A stretch of 64,000 nucleotides of DNA from a bacterium. Lineage in GTDB: Bacteria > Electryoneota > JAOADG01. The notes beneath the pieces are model-generated. The model was given only the letters and a program-made list of their open reading frames with translations, searched no databases and had not been told where the DNA came from. Shown here one piece after another: positions 1-12,121 of this stretch. Each line of letters starts with the position of its first letter. Position 1 is the first letter of the stretch. The translations under genes and the position numbers were made by a program. The DNA lies in the NCBI GenBank assembly GCA_963681965.1, contig OY820579.1:256001-320000 (forward strand). The letters are read 5' to 3'.

Positions 1-63
1 TGATACTATCAATTCTATGGTTTAAGAATTGATCTGCCCCCATTATTTGTACCAGTGTCTATG

Positions 64-939
64 TCACACTGGTCTCATTCCTGCGTAGCGTAGCGGAGCA
101 GGAATGAGTGGTAACTCTGTTTCCGGTGCCGGCGGCAGATAGCCCAAAGAGCTGTGCGGTCGAATCGTATTGTAATGGTGCCGCCATTGTTCGATAATCA
201 CCTTTGCTTCCAATATGGTATCAAAGATTTCACCCTTCAGCAACAGTTTCAACCGACAGTTAAAACTTTCGATGTATCCGTTTTCCCACGGGCTGCCAGG
301 CGTAATAAACAAGGGTTGCACATCAACCCGGGGCAGCCACGCTAGTACCTCATTCGCCGTAAACTCAGGGCCATTGTCACTACGAACATGAATCGGTGTA
401 CCTCGTACTACAAACAGTTCTTCCAGTACGCAAAGAACATCATCCGCCTTGATCTTCCGGGCTACCAGGATCGCAAGGCATTCCCGGGTGTATTCGTCCA
501 TGATCGCAAAGATCTTGAACGAACGACCATTCGACGTATGCCACGTGACAAAGTCGAAGCTCCAGACATGATCCGGATGTTCCGGACGTAGACGGATGCA
601 GGAACCATCATTCAGCCACAGTCTTCGACGCTTCTTCTGCTTCTTCGGGACCTTCAGTCCGGACTGTCGCCAGATCCGTTCCACCCGTTTGTGGTTTACC
701 CGCCAGCCGATGTTACGGATCATCGCCGTTACGATCCGGTAGCCATACCCGCCATACTGGCAAGCCAGAAATACCACCAGCGAGACCAACGGGCCTTCGT
801 CGGCACGACGAAGCGGTGCATACCGGTGACTCGTTCGTGGTTCGCAAAGAACCGTACAGACCCGTCGTTCCGAGACCCGATCAATGCCCAGCGAATGGCG
901 AACAGTAAGCGCAGTCTCGCGACGCTTCGCCGGGCACAC
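64..939 (-). CDS. IS3-family transposase OrfB (DDE/rve integrase core)
   Basis: WSFDF, RSDNGPEF and PGSPWENGYIESFN catalytic motifs; probably made as an OrfAB fusion by -1 frameshift at G-GGA-AAA (942-948). Confidence 0.95.
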   Translation of the reverse strand: MCPAKRRETALTVRHSLGIDRVSERRVCTVLCEPRTSHRYAPLRRADEGPLVSLVVFLACQYGGYGYRIVTAMIRNIGWRVNHKRVERIWRQSGLKVPKKQKKRRRLWLNDGSCIRLRPEHPDHVWSFDFVTWHTSNGRSFKIFAIMDEYTRECLAILVARKIKADDVLCVLEELFVVRGTPIHVRSDNGPEFTANEVLAWLPRVDVQPLFITPGSPWENGYIESFNCRLKLLLKGEIFDTILEAKVIIEQWRHHYNTIRPHSSLGYLPPAPETELPLIPAPLRYAGMRPV

Positions 940-1214
940 TATTTTCCCTTGAGAGCCTCCTGCAGGATCTCTTTGTCCAAGGTCAGATCAGATACGACCT
1001 TCCGAAGACGGCCATTCTCGCGTTCCAGTTCCTTCAAACGCTTCGCCTGATCCAGCTTCAAACCACCGTATTCCTTGCGCCAGTGGTAGTAAGTATGTTC
1101 CTGGATGCCCAACTTCCGGCAAACTTCACGGACGCTCATCCCCTTCCCAATCTCAACTTCCGCTTCACGAAGCATCGGGATAATCTGCTCCGCAGTTCGC
1201 TTCACTCCACGCAT
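939..1214 (-). CDS. IS3-family transposase OrfA (HTH)
   Basis: EQII..LREAE, TYYHWRKEYGG, RLKELERENGRLRK typical of OrfA; SD GGAGG upstream. Confidence 0.95.
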   Translation of the reverse strand: MRGVKRTAEQIIPMLREAEVEIGKGMSVREVCRKLGIQEHTYYHWRKEYGGLKLDQAKRLKELERENGRLRKVVSDLTLDKEILQEALKGK

Positions 1215-1316
1215 GAAAACCTCCCATAAAAGGTACTACTCTGACATAGAGAGTGGTACTACTTTCGGGGGCTAGATCAACTATACAGTAATTAATTCAA
1301 AAACCAATCAATTATC

Positions 1317-1348
1317 TTGACAAATGTGCAAAGATCTGCTGATATTAT
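1317..1348 (+). promoter_or_regulatory. putative sigma70 promoter
   Basis: TTGACA (1317-1322), N18, GATATTA; same layout upstream of the paralog at 3227. Confidence 0.5.
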
Positions 1349-1423
1349 TTTGGAGGGGTGTCTTCACGGTTGATGCCCTCATCGACTCACTACTCACTTG
1401 AAAGACCTGCTAAAGAGGTTCTT

Positions 1424-3019
1424 ATGGATACGCGCGATTCTCGGTATGGTTCTGTTCACCCCTTCCTAACAATTGTCATTGGAATTTTTCTACTCGGAAA
1501 TTTTACAATCGCAGAAGCCACGATTTCAATTACTCGTTTGTTCGGTCACCAGTACAATGGTCAAACCTGGGGTGTTCGTGCCCGTGGCGATTACCTGTAT
1601 GTAGGAAATACTTACGGCTTGTACACCTGGAATATCGCAAACATCACTGAACCAGTTTTTCAGTCGCAGCTAAACACGACCTGGACCAATGAAGTTGTGG
1701 ATCTGGATTCAATCACGGGCTTAATTGGTAGCACCTACAATGGATTAATCACATTAAATCTTTCGACTCCGAGTCAACCGAGTGTGGTTTCGATCGATCC
1801 ATCGAACAATATCGATCAGATCGTTCGAGATAACTCCTTGGTATATGTTGCCGATCGCAATGTTGGCATCAAGGTTTATACGGCGAATGCTTCCCATTCA
1901 GTTTCTCTGCTGTACACCATCCAGTATGCGGGAGCGCAAGGATTCACAATCTACAACAACCGAATTTATATCGCATCAATGAACGGGTCGATCGGAATCT
2001 ATTGGCTTCGGGGTACCGAAACGGAGCCACAATTTCTCGGTTCCATCGCGACCAATGGCATGGTCCGAAGATTATTGGTTCGTGACAATATTCTATATGC
2101 TGCCAACCAAAGTAGCGGTGTCACTATTTGGGATGTAACGAATGCAGCTAGTGCAACGGAACTTGGACATTGGTCAAATCCAACGCATACTGTTTCCTCC
2201 TATGCTGCTTTAGCCTGCGATCTTCAATTTTACGACAAATACCTCTTTGTTGCGGACTGTTGGGGCGGAATCGTGGTGCTCGATATTACCAATCCGCGTA
2301 TACCCAGAGAAGTCCTACGCTACGAACAAAGTAGTGCTGTTGAAATACGAATTCGTGGTAATTACTTATTTGTTGCCGATTACAATCTCGGTTTCACAAT
2401 TTTTCGAATTACTGAAGACGGTGGTACTCCACCACCAGCTTTTCAGGTATTATATCCCAATGGTGGCGAAGTGCTCAGAACGAACACACTCGACACAATC
2501 CGATGGGAATCCCATTCGCCCTACGCATGGGTATCAATCTTGATTAATTATAATTATCCAATAGACCAATGGCAGGTAGTCGCATACCAAGCTTCTAACA
2601 ACGGATGTTACCCTTGGGTAGTAACTGGCTACGATGCCGATAATGTTCGAATCAAAGTGTGCGCAGAAATCGAACCGGAATCCTTCGATATCTCGGATAA
2701 CAATTTCTCAATGATCGAAAATGTGGAATCGTCCATTTCCGATCGAGTGCTACCAATTAGCAGTCGTATTTCGTACGCATATCCCAATCCATTCAATGCA
2801 ACCACGACCATTTCTTTCTCTTTGCCGAAATCATCCAATACTCATCTGGATATTTTCGATAGTCGTGGACAGTTAATCGAAACGTTGCTTTCCCGACCGC
2901 TTCAAGCAGGTGAACATCGTGTTCAATGGAATGCTGAAGGGAATGCCAGTGGGACTTATTTTTATCGATTAACCAGTGAAAACCAGAGCATCAGCCGAAG
3001 GATTATTTTAGTAAAGTAA
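1424..3019 (+). CDS. secreted LVIVD-repeat beta-propeller protein with Ig-like module and T9SS/Por C-terminal domain
   Basis: Signal-like N-terminus; repeated YLxVAD..G..I.DI.NP..P units; YPNGGE module; YPNPFN...GTYFYRL...ILVK tail; start moved to ATG 1424 after GAGG. Confidence 0.85.
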   Translation: MDTRDSRYGSVHPFLTIVIGIFLLGNFTIAEATISITRLFGHQYNGQTWGVRARGDYLYVGNTYGLYTWNIANITEPVFQSQLNTTWTNEVVDLDSITGLIGSTYNGLITLNLSTPSQPSVVSIDPSNNIDQIVRDNSLVYVADRNVGIKVYTANASHSVSLLYTIQYAGAQGFTIYNNRIYIASMNGSIGIYWLRGTETEPQFLGSIATNGMVRRLLVRDNILYAANQSSGVTIWDVTNAASATELGHWSNPTHTVSSYAALACDLQFYDKYLFVADCWGGIVVLDITNPRIPREVLRYEQSSAVEIRIRGNYLFVADYNLGFTIFRITEDGGTPPPAFQVLYPNGGEVLRTNTLDTIRWESHSPYAWVSILINYNYPIDQWQVVAYQASNNGCYPWVVTGYDADNVRIKVCAEIEPESFDISDNNFSMIENVESSISDRVLPISSRISYAYPNPFNATTTISFSLPKSSNTHLDIFDSRGQLIETLLSRPLQAGEHRVQWNAEGNASGTYFYRLTSENQSISRRIILVK

Positions 3020-3226
3020 TCGGCTTGACCGCATTCGATTATGAGTTAACTGAAAATCGTATTTGCATTCATCACATCTCAGAGAAGCGACGAATCGGCA
3101 CTCTTCGTGCAGCTTCCTTGTTTATGCAAATTACTGATTTATTGATTCATACAAACAAACACCAAACCGACTATTTTTGATATATCGGTGAAATTCCAAG
3201 AATTATTTCTGGACATGTTTTTTGTA

Positions 3227-3257
3227 TTGACAAAAGTATCGGGTTCCGTCGATATTA
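3227..3257 (+). promoter_or_regulatory. putative sigma70 promoter
   Basis: TTGACA (3227-3232), N18, GATATTA. Confidence 0.5.
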
Positions 3258-3324
3258 AGAGTGTATTGCATTAATAGGTAGTTTTTCCAACTCACTTGAT
3301 CGCATAATAACTGCAGAGGCTGCC

Positions 3325-4911
3325 ATGAATGACATCATCCCGCGTCACAGATTCACTTTTTTTGGGATTCTGCTGGTTACTTCCATTCTCTTCAGTTCCG
3401 TTGCTCCCGCATTCGGTCAGATCAGTATCGCTCGAGTATTCAATCACCCCTACAATGGACAGACGTGGGGTATTCACGCACGCGGTAATTATCTTTATGT
3501 AGGCAATACTTATGGGTTTTACACTTGGGATATAACGGATATCGAAAATCCATCGCTTTCAAACTCGCAGGATGGAAATTGGGTAAACGATGTTGTCGAC
3601 ATCAACGATACGTACGGGTTGGTTGGTACTCAAGATGGACTTCAAACGCTGAATCTGTCGGATCCGGGATCACCAACTTTTGTCGGTACTACTGCAGGAA
3701 CATACAACGATCAGGTGATCGTGTTAAACAACTTAGTGTATATTGCCGATCGCAATGTTGGTGTTAGAATCTACAATATTGAATCACTTCCCGCGCTTCA
3801 ATTAGCTGGTACGGTTCAACTTTCCGGAGCACTCGGAATTACTTTTTACAATAATCGGCTGTATGTGTGTACTTGGAGCGGCGAAATCGTTGAATACGAT
3901 CTGTCGGTATCGTTAACTCAGCCCCAACGACGTGGTTCAGTTCAGACAAATGGGTTGGTTCGGCGAGTTTTGGTGCGGGACAATGTCTTGTATGCGGCAA
4001 ATTACAACTACGGCGTTACTTCTTGGGACGTCACAACAGCGGGACGATTTACCGCCTTGGGGCATTGGACCAATCCTACTTCAACGATGTCGGGATACTC
4101 CGCCCAAGCGCACGATATCCAGTTTTACGATAAATATCTCTTTGTTGGTGACGGTTGGGGTGGAGTTATCATATTAGATATCACCAATCCCCGATTGCTT
4201 CGCCAAATCTTCCGCTTCGAGCAAAGTGCAGGTGTAGAGTTACGTGTACGCGGTAATTACCTCTTAGTCGCCGATTACAATATCGGCTTCTCGATATTCC
4301 GCATCAGTATCACCGGAAATCCGTTACCACCGTTCCATGTGACTTATCCCAACGGTGGAGATAGTATCCGAATCGGGTCACTTGACACAATCCGCTGGGA
4401 AACGCATTCGCCCTATGCTTGGGTAACAGTATCGATCAATTACAATTATCCTACCGATGCCTGGCAAACAATTGCTTCGTCCGTTAGCAACGGGGGAATT
4501 TTACCTTGGCTCGTTACCGGGTACGATGCACAGAATGTTCGGGTAAGAGTATCCGCCGAGATTGCTCCGGATGTGAACGATATATCAGACGGTGATTTCA
4601 CCTTGTATGAAGAAGCCGAACAATCCGTGACCGACCAAGCGATACCGGCACGATTCGATTTAACGAAAGCCTTCCCGAATCCCTTCAACAATATGACGAC
4701 CATCTCGTTTTCGCTACCGAAATCCGGCGATACTCGCCTTGAGATCTTCGACAGTCGCGGCTACTTAGTAACAACACTTGTTGCCGGACAAGTCAGTGCG
4801 GGAACGCATTCGATACAATGGGATGCCCGTCAAAATGCTAGCGGAACGTATTTCTATCGACTCCGCAGTGGCGATCGGAGCGAAACCCGACGTCTCGTAT
4901 TGCTGAAATAG
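3325..4911 (+). CDS. secreted LVIVD-repeat protein with T9SS CTD (tandem paralog of 1424..3019)
   Basis: Colinear with the upstream gene (YNGQTWG..ARG.YLYVGNTYG, QFYDKYLFV.D.WGG, WE.HSPYAWV); FPNPFN CTD. Confidence 0.87.
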   Translation: MNDIIPRHRFTFFGILLVTSILFSSVAPAFGQISIARVFNHPYNGQTWGIHARGNYLYVGNTYGFYTWDITDIENPSLSNSQDGNWVNDVVDINDTYGLVGTQDGLQTLNLSDPGSPTFVGTTAGTYNDQVIVLNNLVYIADRNVGVRIYNIESLPALQLAGTVQLSGALGITFYNNRLYVCTWSGEIVEYDLSVSLTQPQRRGSVQTNGLVRRVLVRDNVLYAANYNYGVTSWDVTTAGRFTALGHWTNPTSTMSGYSAQAHDIQFYDKYLFVGDGWGGVIILDITNPRLLRQIFRFEQSAGVELRVRGNYLLVADYNIGFSIFRISITGNPLPPFHVTYPNGGDSIRIGSLDTIRWETHSPYAWVTVSINYNYPTDAWQTIASSVSNGGILPWLVTGYDAQNVRVRVSAEIAPDVNDISDGDFTLYEEAEQSVTDQAIPARFDLTKAFPNPFNNMTTISFSLPKSGDTRLEIFDSRGYLVTTLVAGQVSAGTHSIQWDARQNASGTYFYRLRSGDRSETRRLVLLK

Positions 4912-4934
4912 CCGGAATTATTTGGAATATGGTG

Positions 4935-4961
4935 AAAAGCGGATCGACCGATCCGCTTTTT
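4935..4961. terminator. bidirectional intrinsic terminator
   Basis: AAAAGCGGATCG-AC-CGATCCGCTTTT between convergent genes. Confidence 0.85.
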
Positions 4962-4972
4962 CGTTTCAATTA

Positions 4973-6307
4973 TTATCTTCGAAGCGAGTTATTCAATTCG
5001 GAAATACTGCCGATTTGCCAATGGGATGAACTAGAATCGGGGCGAGAAGACAAAATCTTATTACAAAGCGAGTCGAGTTCCTGAGTGTGATTTTGAAGGA
5101 ATTGCGCCTCTTTAACGGGGAATGCCATATCAATTCCGCCAAACGCTACAGGAAATTGAATCAAAACGAATTTTTCATCGTTAATCATTACTTCACTGAC
5201 AGATTTCACATAGTTCACAAGTCCGGGAAGGGTATCCGGAATTTGTTCCGAAAGCGCTGGTGAATAACGATTGAGAAAAAAGTCGGTAGGGAATGCGATA
5301 TTGTCGAAATCGTTTCGGACGTTCATTGCACGAACCATCGCATTCAATCGAAATAGTTGTTCCAATCCTTTGAACCAAATGTTCTCTTCCGCTAACTGAT
5401 CGTATAGTGTAGAAAAATCGGTTGCGAATCCCTGTGCCAGCGAATCAATACCACCACTGCGTCCAAGTTTCCCATGAATGTCGGCAACCTCTTCTTCAGT
5501 AAGAAGAACTATTGGACAGGTGGAGAGCATGACAATACGATCGGCAATTTCAAAATGAGGATACGGGACAAGCAACGAATCTTCCGGTCGGAACGATTGT
5601 AAATGAAACCAGAATCGAGCATTGTTAAAAGGCGCATTATGGTGTTTCTGCTGCTGCATCATTGACTCATTACGAGCAATAAAGCGATCCAGATACGACT
5701 GAACACCGGGAAACTTGACGAGTTCAAGCGAAGCTTTTTTCATTGTATAATCGGCTTCGACCATAACTCGCGAATGATGCGAGTTGTGCGGTATTCCCCG
5801 AATTACGATCTTTTGACCACGCCAACCACGCTTTACACTATCGAGGTCGGTTGCAATCTCTTCCAACGAACGTTCTTTTTCAGATCTAATTCCCTGACGG
5901 AGAAACCGTTGCAGCGCTTTGATACTATGCGGATTCGGTTCAAGCGAGCAGTAAGGTGGCACGGAATCAAGTAATACATTTCGAAGAATATCGACAAAAT
6001 CGTCGAGATGAAGTGGAGGGTGATCGGAAGTTGTTCCAAACAAAACGATGTCTCGATTTTTCGCGTCCATGATATAGCCATCGAAATTTGTCAAGCCATA
6101 AAATCGAAGTAATGAATCGTTACTTTCTGGACGAAGCGAGTCGGTCGATTCAACAACCGACATCAATGATCGCAATGATACTGCAGTGATCGGTTTTCGG
6201 TCGTCGAGTGAGAGACCAAAGCACGGAATCGAAAACAAGGCGATGAGTATGAGTAGAAGAGTTTTGGAAAAATGTATTTTCTGGTTCACCGATTTGAAAA
6301 ATACCAT
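4973..6307 (-). CDS. DUF1598-like secreted protein
   Basis: Signal-like N-terminus; RDIVLFG, PPLHLDDF, CSLEP, GIP..SH.SRVMVEADY.MK and RFWF motifs resemble DUF1598. Confidence 0.65.
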   Translation of the reverse strand: MVFFKSVNQKIHFSKTLLLILIALFSIPCFGLSLDDRKPITAVSLRSLMSVVESTDSLRPESNDSLLRFYGLTNFDGYIMDAKNRDIVLFGTTSDHPPLHLDDFVDILRNVLLDSVPPYCSLEPNPHSIKALQRFLRQGIRSEKERSLEEIATDLDSVKRGWRGQKIVIRGIPHNSHHSRVMVEADYTMKKASLELVKFPGVQSYLDRFIARNESMMQQQKHHNAPFNNARFWFHLQSFRPEDSLLVPYPHFEIADRIVMLSTCPIVLLTEEEVADIHGKLGRSGGIDSLAQGFATDFSTLYDQLAEENIWFKGLEQLFRLNAMVRAMNVRNDFDNIAFPTDFFLNRYSPALSEQIPDTLPGLVNYVKSVSEVMINDEKFVLIQFPVAFGGIDMAFPVKEAQFLQNHTQELDSLCNKILSSRPDSSSSHWQIGSISELNNSLRR

Positions 6308-6403
6308 CTATTGAAATCTCCAAGTAAGGAGTATGTGCAATAAAAAACACTTGAAATGTAATAATATCAAGTAAAATTCAATACATCGACATAATTAATG
6401 TTA

Positions 6404-7295
6404 GGTAATTAGTGGTGGTTTGGCACAATAGTTGACAGATATAGCACGATCATTTTGAAGATATCCTGATCGCGATTATTGTACCTGAACTCGAGCTCTT
6501 TGAGATACAGCGGAAAAGTCTCTTTCGAAACGCCATGGTGTTTCATCAACCGTTCCTTTGCCCAGCTCCAGAACCCTTCGAGTCCATTGATGTGAACACG
6601 ACCTTTCACAAATTGTTTGCCGTGATCGACTTTCAGATGGCGATAACCGCAGCACATTAGACTGTCGTAGCTGCGAAATTTGTCGGTGTAAATGATGCTG
6701 CCGCGACGAACTTTTTTTACCGTTAACTCGACCAGCGTCTCGGCACTGACATCGGGAACCACTTCTACAACGACTTTGCCATGTTGCTGGAGAATGCCGA
6801 ATACCGGGACTTTACCGGCCGCACCACGGCCACGGTTCCCTTTGCGATGGCCGCCGAAATAACTTTCATCGAGCTCGATGTTACCGCCCAGCGGCGGACT
6901 AATCTGATTCGTCAGGATCGCCAAGCGAATCGTGGTAACCGCTTTGTAAGCCGTTCCGTAATCGAGATTCAACTGGCTCGCAATCTTGCGCACCGACTGC
7001 TCGAGCTCAAACAATTTTACGATACGAAGCCATTGCTGGCAACTCAAAGAACCATGGTTGATCCATCTGCCACTGAAGTCGTGGAAGGTGTATTTGCATT
7101 CCGAACAGCGATAACGATGGTCCGATAACCGATATAGTTTTCGGGTGTTACAACGGGGACAAAATCGCTGTTGGTTTTTCCAGCAAAATCCCAACACGAA
7201 TTTTCGTGCTGTTTGTTCGTTCTTAACCAAGTGTTCGTAAGTAATTAGATCCATGATCACAAGATAATACTTGTGCCAGACCACCACTAATTACC
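6404..7295 (-). mobile_element. IS1595-family insertion sequence, 892 bp
   Basis: 25-bp TIRs GGTAATTAGTGGTGGT(T/C)TGGCACAA with one mismatch; perfect 8-bp TSD TAATGTTA at 6396-6403 and 7296-7303. Confidence 0.97.
6409..7254 (-). CDS. IS1595-family transposase
   Basis: Zn finger CPRC..CSEC, HTH, ELDESYFGG, IYTD, HINGLEGFW, YLKELEFRYN; likely start ATG 7254. Confidence 0.95.
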   Translation of the reverse strand: MDLITYEHLVKNEQTARKFVLGFCWKNQQRFCPRCNTRKLYRLSDHRYRCSECKYTFHDFSGRWINHGSLSCQQWLRIVKLFELEQSVRKIASQLNLDYGTAYKAVTTIRLAILTNQISPPLGGNIELDESYFGGHRKGNRGRGAAGKVPVFGILQQHGKVVVEVVPDVSAETLVELTVKKVRRGSIIYTDKFRSYDSLMCCGYRHLKVDHGKQFVKGRVHINGLEGFWSWAKERLMKHHGVSKETFPLYLKELEFRYNNRDQDIFKMIVLYLSTIVPNHH

Positions 7296-7374
7296 TAATG
7301 TTAATATACTCATAACTGTGATCGATTTCATCGGTTCTTGATTTTGATTTCAAATCAATTTGAAACGTGATCGC

Positions 7375-7410
7375 AAAAAATAAGCGGATCGATGCTCGAT
7401 CCGCTTATTT
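7375..7410 (-). terminator. intrinsic terminator of dnaK
   Basis: Minus strand ATAAGCGGATCGA-GCA-TCGATCCGCTTAT followed by a T run. Confidence 0.88.
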
Positions 7411-7429
7411 CTGAATATGCGCAGATGCA

Positions 7430-9508
<2,079 letters not shown>

Positions 9509-9926
9509 CTATGTCTGATATTGTCAGTTGTTTGGCAGAAGATTTTGAAGCTGTCATATCTAAAATCATCCTGAACTGTCTCCCTGCATCATCGGGAAGA
9601 ACTCAACTCCTACCGAAATGAATTTCCACCAATATCTCGTTATGTTCAGTTTAATTCTTCGGTATATTTATCATTGAATCCCATCGAATTTAAGCATCTA
9701 GTTGATTCTGTTGATTCAACTGATTCCGGATGAAATTTCCTTGATCCTGGAAAAGATAGCACTTGGAAGCATATTTTGACTGAATTGCGAGCAAAAAATC
9801 CGATTTAGCATACAATATTCTGCGTAATTATGTGATTTAGTAATAAGCTCAATTGTGTCTTTTCTCACCAAATCCGATTATTTTACTGAAATCAACTTTG
9901 TTCAATACCCTTGGAAGACAGGATCA

Positions 9927-10925
9927 ATGATGAACATCAATATTCCCAAATTAATCGATCAATACCTTCACCATCCCGATCCATCGATTCGGTATCAAAC
10001 ACATACGCGACTGCTTGGTGAATCTCCGGATTCGATCGAGCTGCGAAAACTGCGGAATGTAATCAAAACTTCGCCGCGGGTATTGACATTACTTTCCGAA
10101 CGGATTCGCGATGGCAGTATCCCGTACAACGCGTATGGGAAATGGTACGGCGCTCATTGGGTGCTCGTGCAACTTGCCGATCTCGACTATCCACCAGATG
10201 ACGAATCATTACGTCCGCTGTGCAAACAGGTACTCGATACCTGGTTGGATAAATTTTATCTCAATCAAGTGCCTTTGATCGAAGGGCGGTATCGCCGGTG
10301 TGCATCGCAACAGGGTAACGCGTTGTATGCAATGTGCAAGCTGGAGCTGGATGACGACCGGTGCGAGCAATTGGTTGAATTACTGTTGAAATGGCAATGG
10401 CAGGATGGTGGTTGGAATTGCGATAAGAAACCGGAAGCCGGCATTTCCTCTTTTACCGAAACCCTCATTCCATTACGCGGTCTGATCTGGTATCAAAAGC
10501 GACGCGGAAAGATCGATGTATCGCAAGCAATTCGGCAAGCCGCAGAGATCTTTCTTCAGCGGGAACTGTTTAAACGGAAACGCGATGGTAAAATTGTCGA
10601 TCGCAATTTTGTGGAATTGCATTATCCCCGGTATTGGCACTACGATATCTTATTCGCTCTGACAGTGCTGAATGAAGGGGGATTGCTGGACGATCCGCGA
10701 TGTAAAGCCGCTCTCGATTTGCTTTTATCGAAACAGTTACCCGATGGATCTTTTCCCGCCGAAAAGAAATATTTTTTCTCCATTGAAAAGTTTTATCCCA
10801 ATGGAAGCCGTGCAACAGGCTATTCGCTTGAGTCTTGGGAACCGCAAGGGAAACGAATGGGAAATCCTTACCTTACTATCGATGCCTTGCAATGCTTGCT
10901 TGGGACAAACCGTATTGCACACTAG
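9927..10925 (+). CDS. hypothetical protein, prenyltransferase/terpene-cyclase-like (alpha/alpha) barrel
   Basis: QW-like repeats LLKWQWQDGGWNC and LLSKQLPDGSF; YPRYWHYDIL motif. Confidence 0.65.
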   Translation: MMNINIPKLIDQYLHHPDPSIRYQTHTRLLGESPDSIELRKLRNVIKTSPRVLTLLSERIRDGSIPYNAYGKWYGAHWVLVQLADLDYPPDDESLRPLCKQVLDTWLDKFYLNQVPLIEGRYRRCASQQGNALYAMCKLELDDDRCEQLVELLLKWQWQDGGWNCDKKPEAGISSFTETLIPLRGLIWYQKRRGKIDVSQAIRQAAEIFLQRELFKRKRDGKIVDRNFVELHYPRYWHYDILFALTVLNEGGLLDDPRCKAALDLLLSKQLPDGSFPAEKKYFFSIEKFYPNGSRATGYSLESWEPQGKRMGNPYLTIDALQCLLGTNRIAH

Positions 10926-10969
10926 TATTTCATCAGTGACATCGTACAATTGAATTTCAGGAACATCTT

Positions 10970-12010
10970 ATGAAGCGGTTATTTATTCTTTTTTTTGCTG
11001 GATTTCTCTGCTCGAATCTCGTTTTCGCAGCATCGGCAACACCTGACAATTTGATGGCAGCCATTGCCAAAGAAAGTGGCAAACGGTACTGCAATGCATC
11101 CGAGTATAATGGCGCCGGGTCGGATAAGCTGCAACAAGTCATTTCGACCTTTAACTCACGGGGATATTTGAAGAATTATCGATATTACGTCTTATCCTCT
11201 TCCGATTGGAACGCCTTTGCCAGTTCCGGTAGTTGCTCGCCCGATCTCGTTTGCGTGTTGGAAGGGTTGTTAGCCGAGGTCAAGTCCACTGATGAGTTGG
11301 CAGCGGTTATAGGTCACGAATTGGTTCACAACAATAAACACCATGGCAGCAATCAGCAATCGGCAGCAATGGCGGCGATTTTAATCGGAGCCGTGGTGTC
11401 CGGCAAGAATGATGCCGGACAGGCGCAAGCCTTCGCAGCGATGATGGCGAAGGGATTTAGTCGAACGGACGAAGCCGAAGCAGATCGAGAAGGTCTGTTT
11501 ATGATCACTGAATCGGGGTACAACCCGATGTCGGCAGTCGGATTATGGGAACGGATTTCTGCCAAATACGGATCGGGTGGTGCAAGATTTTTGATGGATC
11601 ATCCACCAAGTCCGGCACGAGCAAAAGAACTCCGACGGTTGGTGAAAAAACACATGGTTCAAACCTCGGACGGACATTGGCGGATTGTCTCGAAACCATC
11701 TTCAAGTTCTTTTTTCACAATGGAAAATCGATATAGTAACGCGATCGGAGCAGCAGTTGTCAGCTCCGGTACGTATTTATTAACAGAAGTGAGTGTGATG
11801 AACTACAACTTTTCGCGATTAACCTTCAAGGAAGATGGAAGTAAGACACTGCAATGGGCAGGTGCGGGGGCGGTATTCGGGTTTTTGTTTCCATCGGATT
11901 TCATTCTCGGTTACCGAAATGGATTAACAGGTCGATCTCCAATCAGGGGAAAAATTCATTTGTCGGGTAATCGTAACGAATTTTCAATAGGTTTGAATAT
12001 TCTGCACTAA
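10970..12010 (+). CDS. M48-family zinc metallopeptidase, exported
   Basis: Signal peptide; NAFA, ELAAVIGHELVH, FSR..E.EADREG, DHP. Confidence 0.9.
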   Translation: MKRLFILFFAGFLCSNLVFAASATPDNLMAAIAKESGKRYCNASEYNGAGSDKLQQVISTFNSRGYLKNYRYYVLSSSDWNAFASSGSCSPDLVCVLEGLLAEVKSTDELAAVIGHELVHNNKHHGSNQQSAAMAAILIGAVVSGKNDAGQAQAFAAMMAKGFSRTDEAEADREGLFMITESGYNPMSAVGLWERISAKYGSGGARFLMDHPPSPARAKELRRLVKKHMVQTSDGHWRIVSKPSSSSFFTMENRYSNAIGAAVVSSGTYLLTEVSVMNYNFSRLTFKEDGSKTLQWAGAGAVFGFLFPSDFILGYRNGLTGRSPIRGKIHLSGNRNEFSIGLNILH

Positions 12011-12121
12011 TATTTGTGATACAGAGCACTCAATATTTGTATATAGCTTTACGGTTATCTTGTACTCGATTGGTCGGTAACCTATTCTGAACTGTTATCG
12101 TCAAAATGAAAGGGGCTACCG

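Larger units (their letters stand above)
30..1279 (-). mobile_element. IS3-family insertion sequence (~1.25 kb)
   Basis: Imperfect terminal IRs TGATCTGCCCCC..GTACCA.T.TCTATGTCA (30-66) and its inverse ending GCTAGATCA at 1279; TG...CA ends; orfA/orfB inside; no clear target duplication. Confidence 0.93.

Noticed and set aside
6421-6437. TGGCAC-AATAG-TTGAC sigma54-like word
   Set aside because: Lies in the IS1595 end, lacks the -12 GC, and points antisense into the transposase
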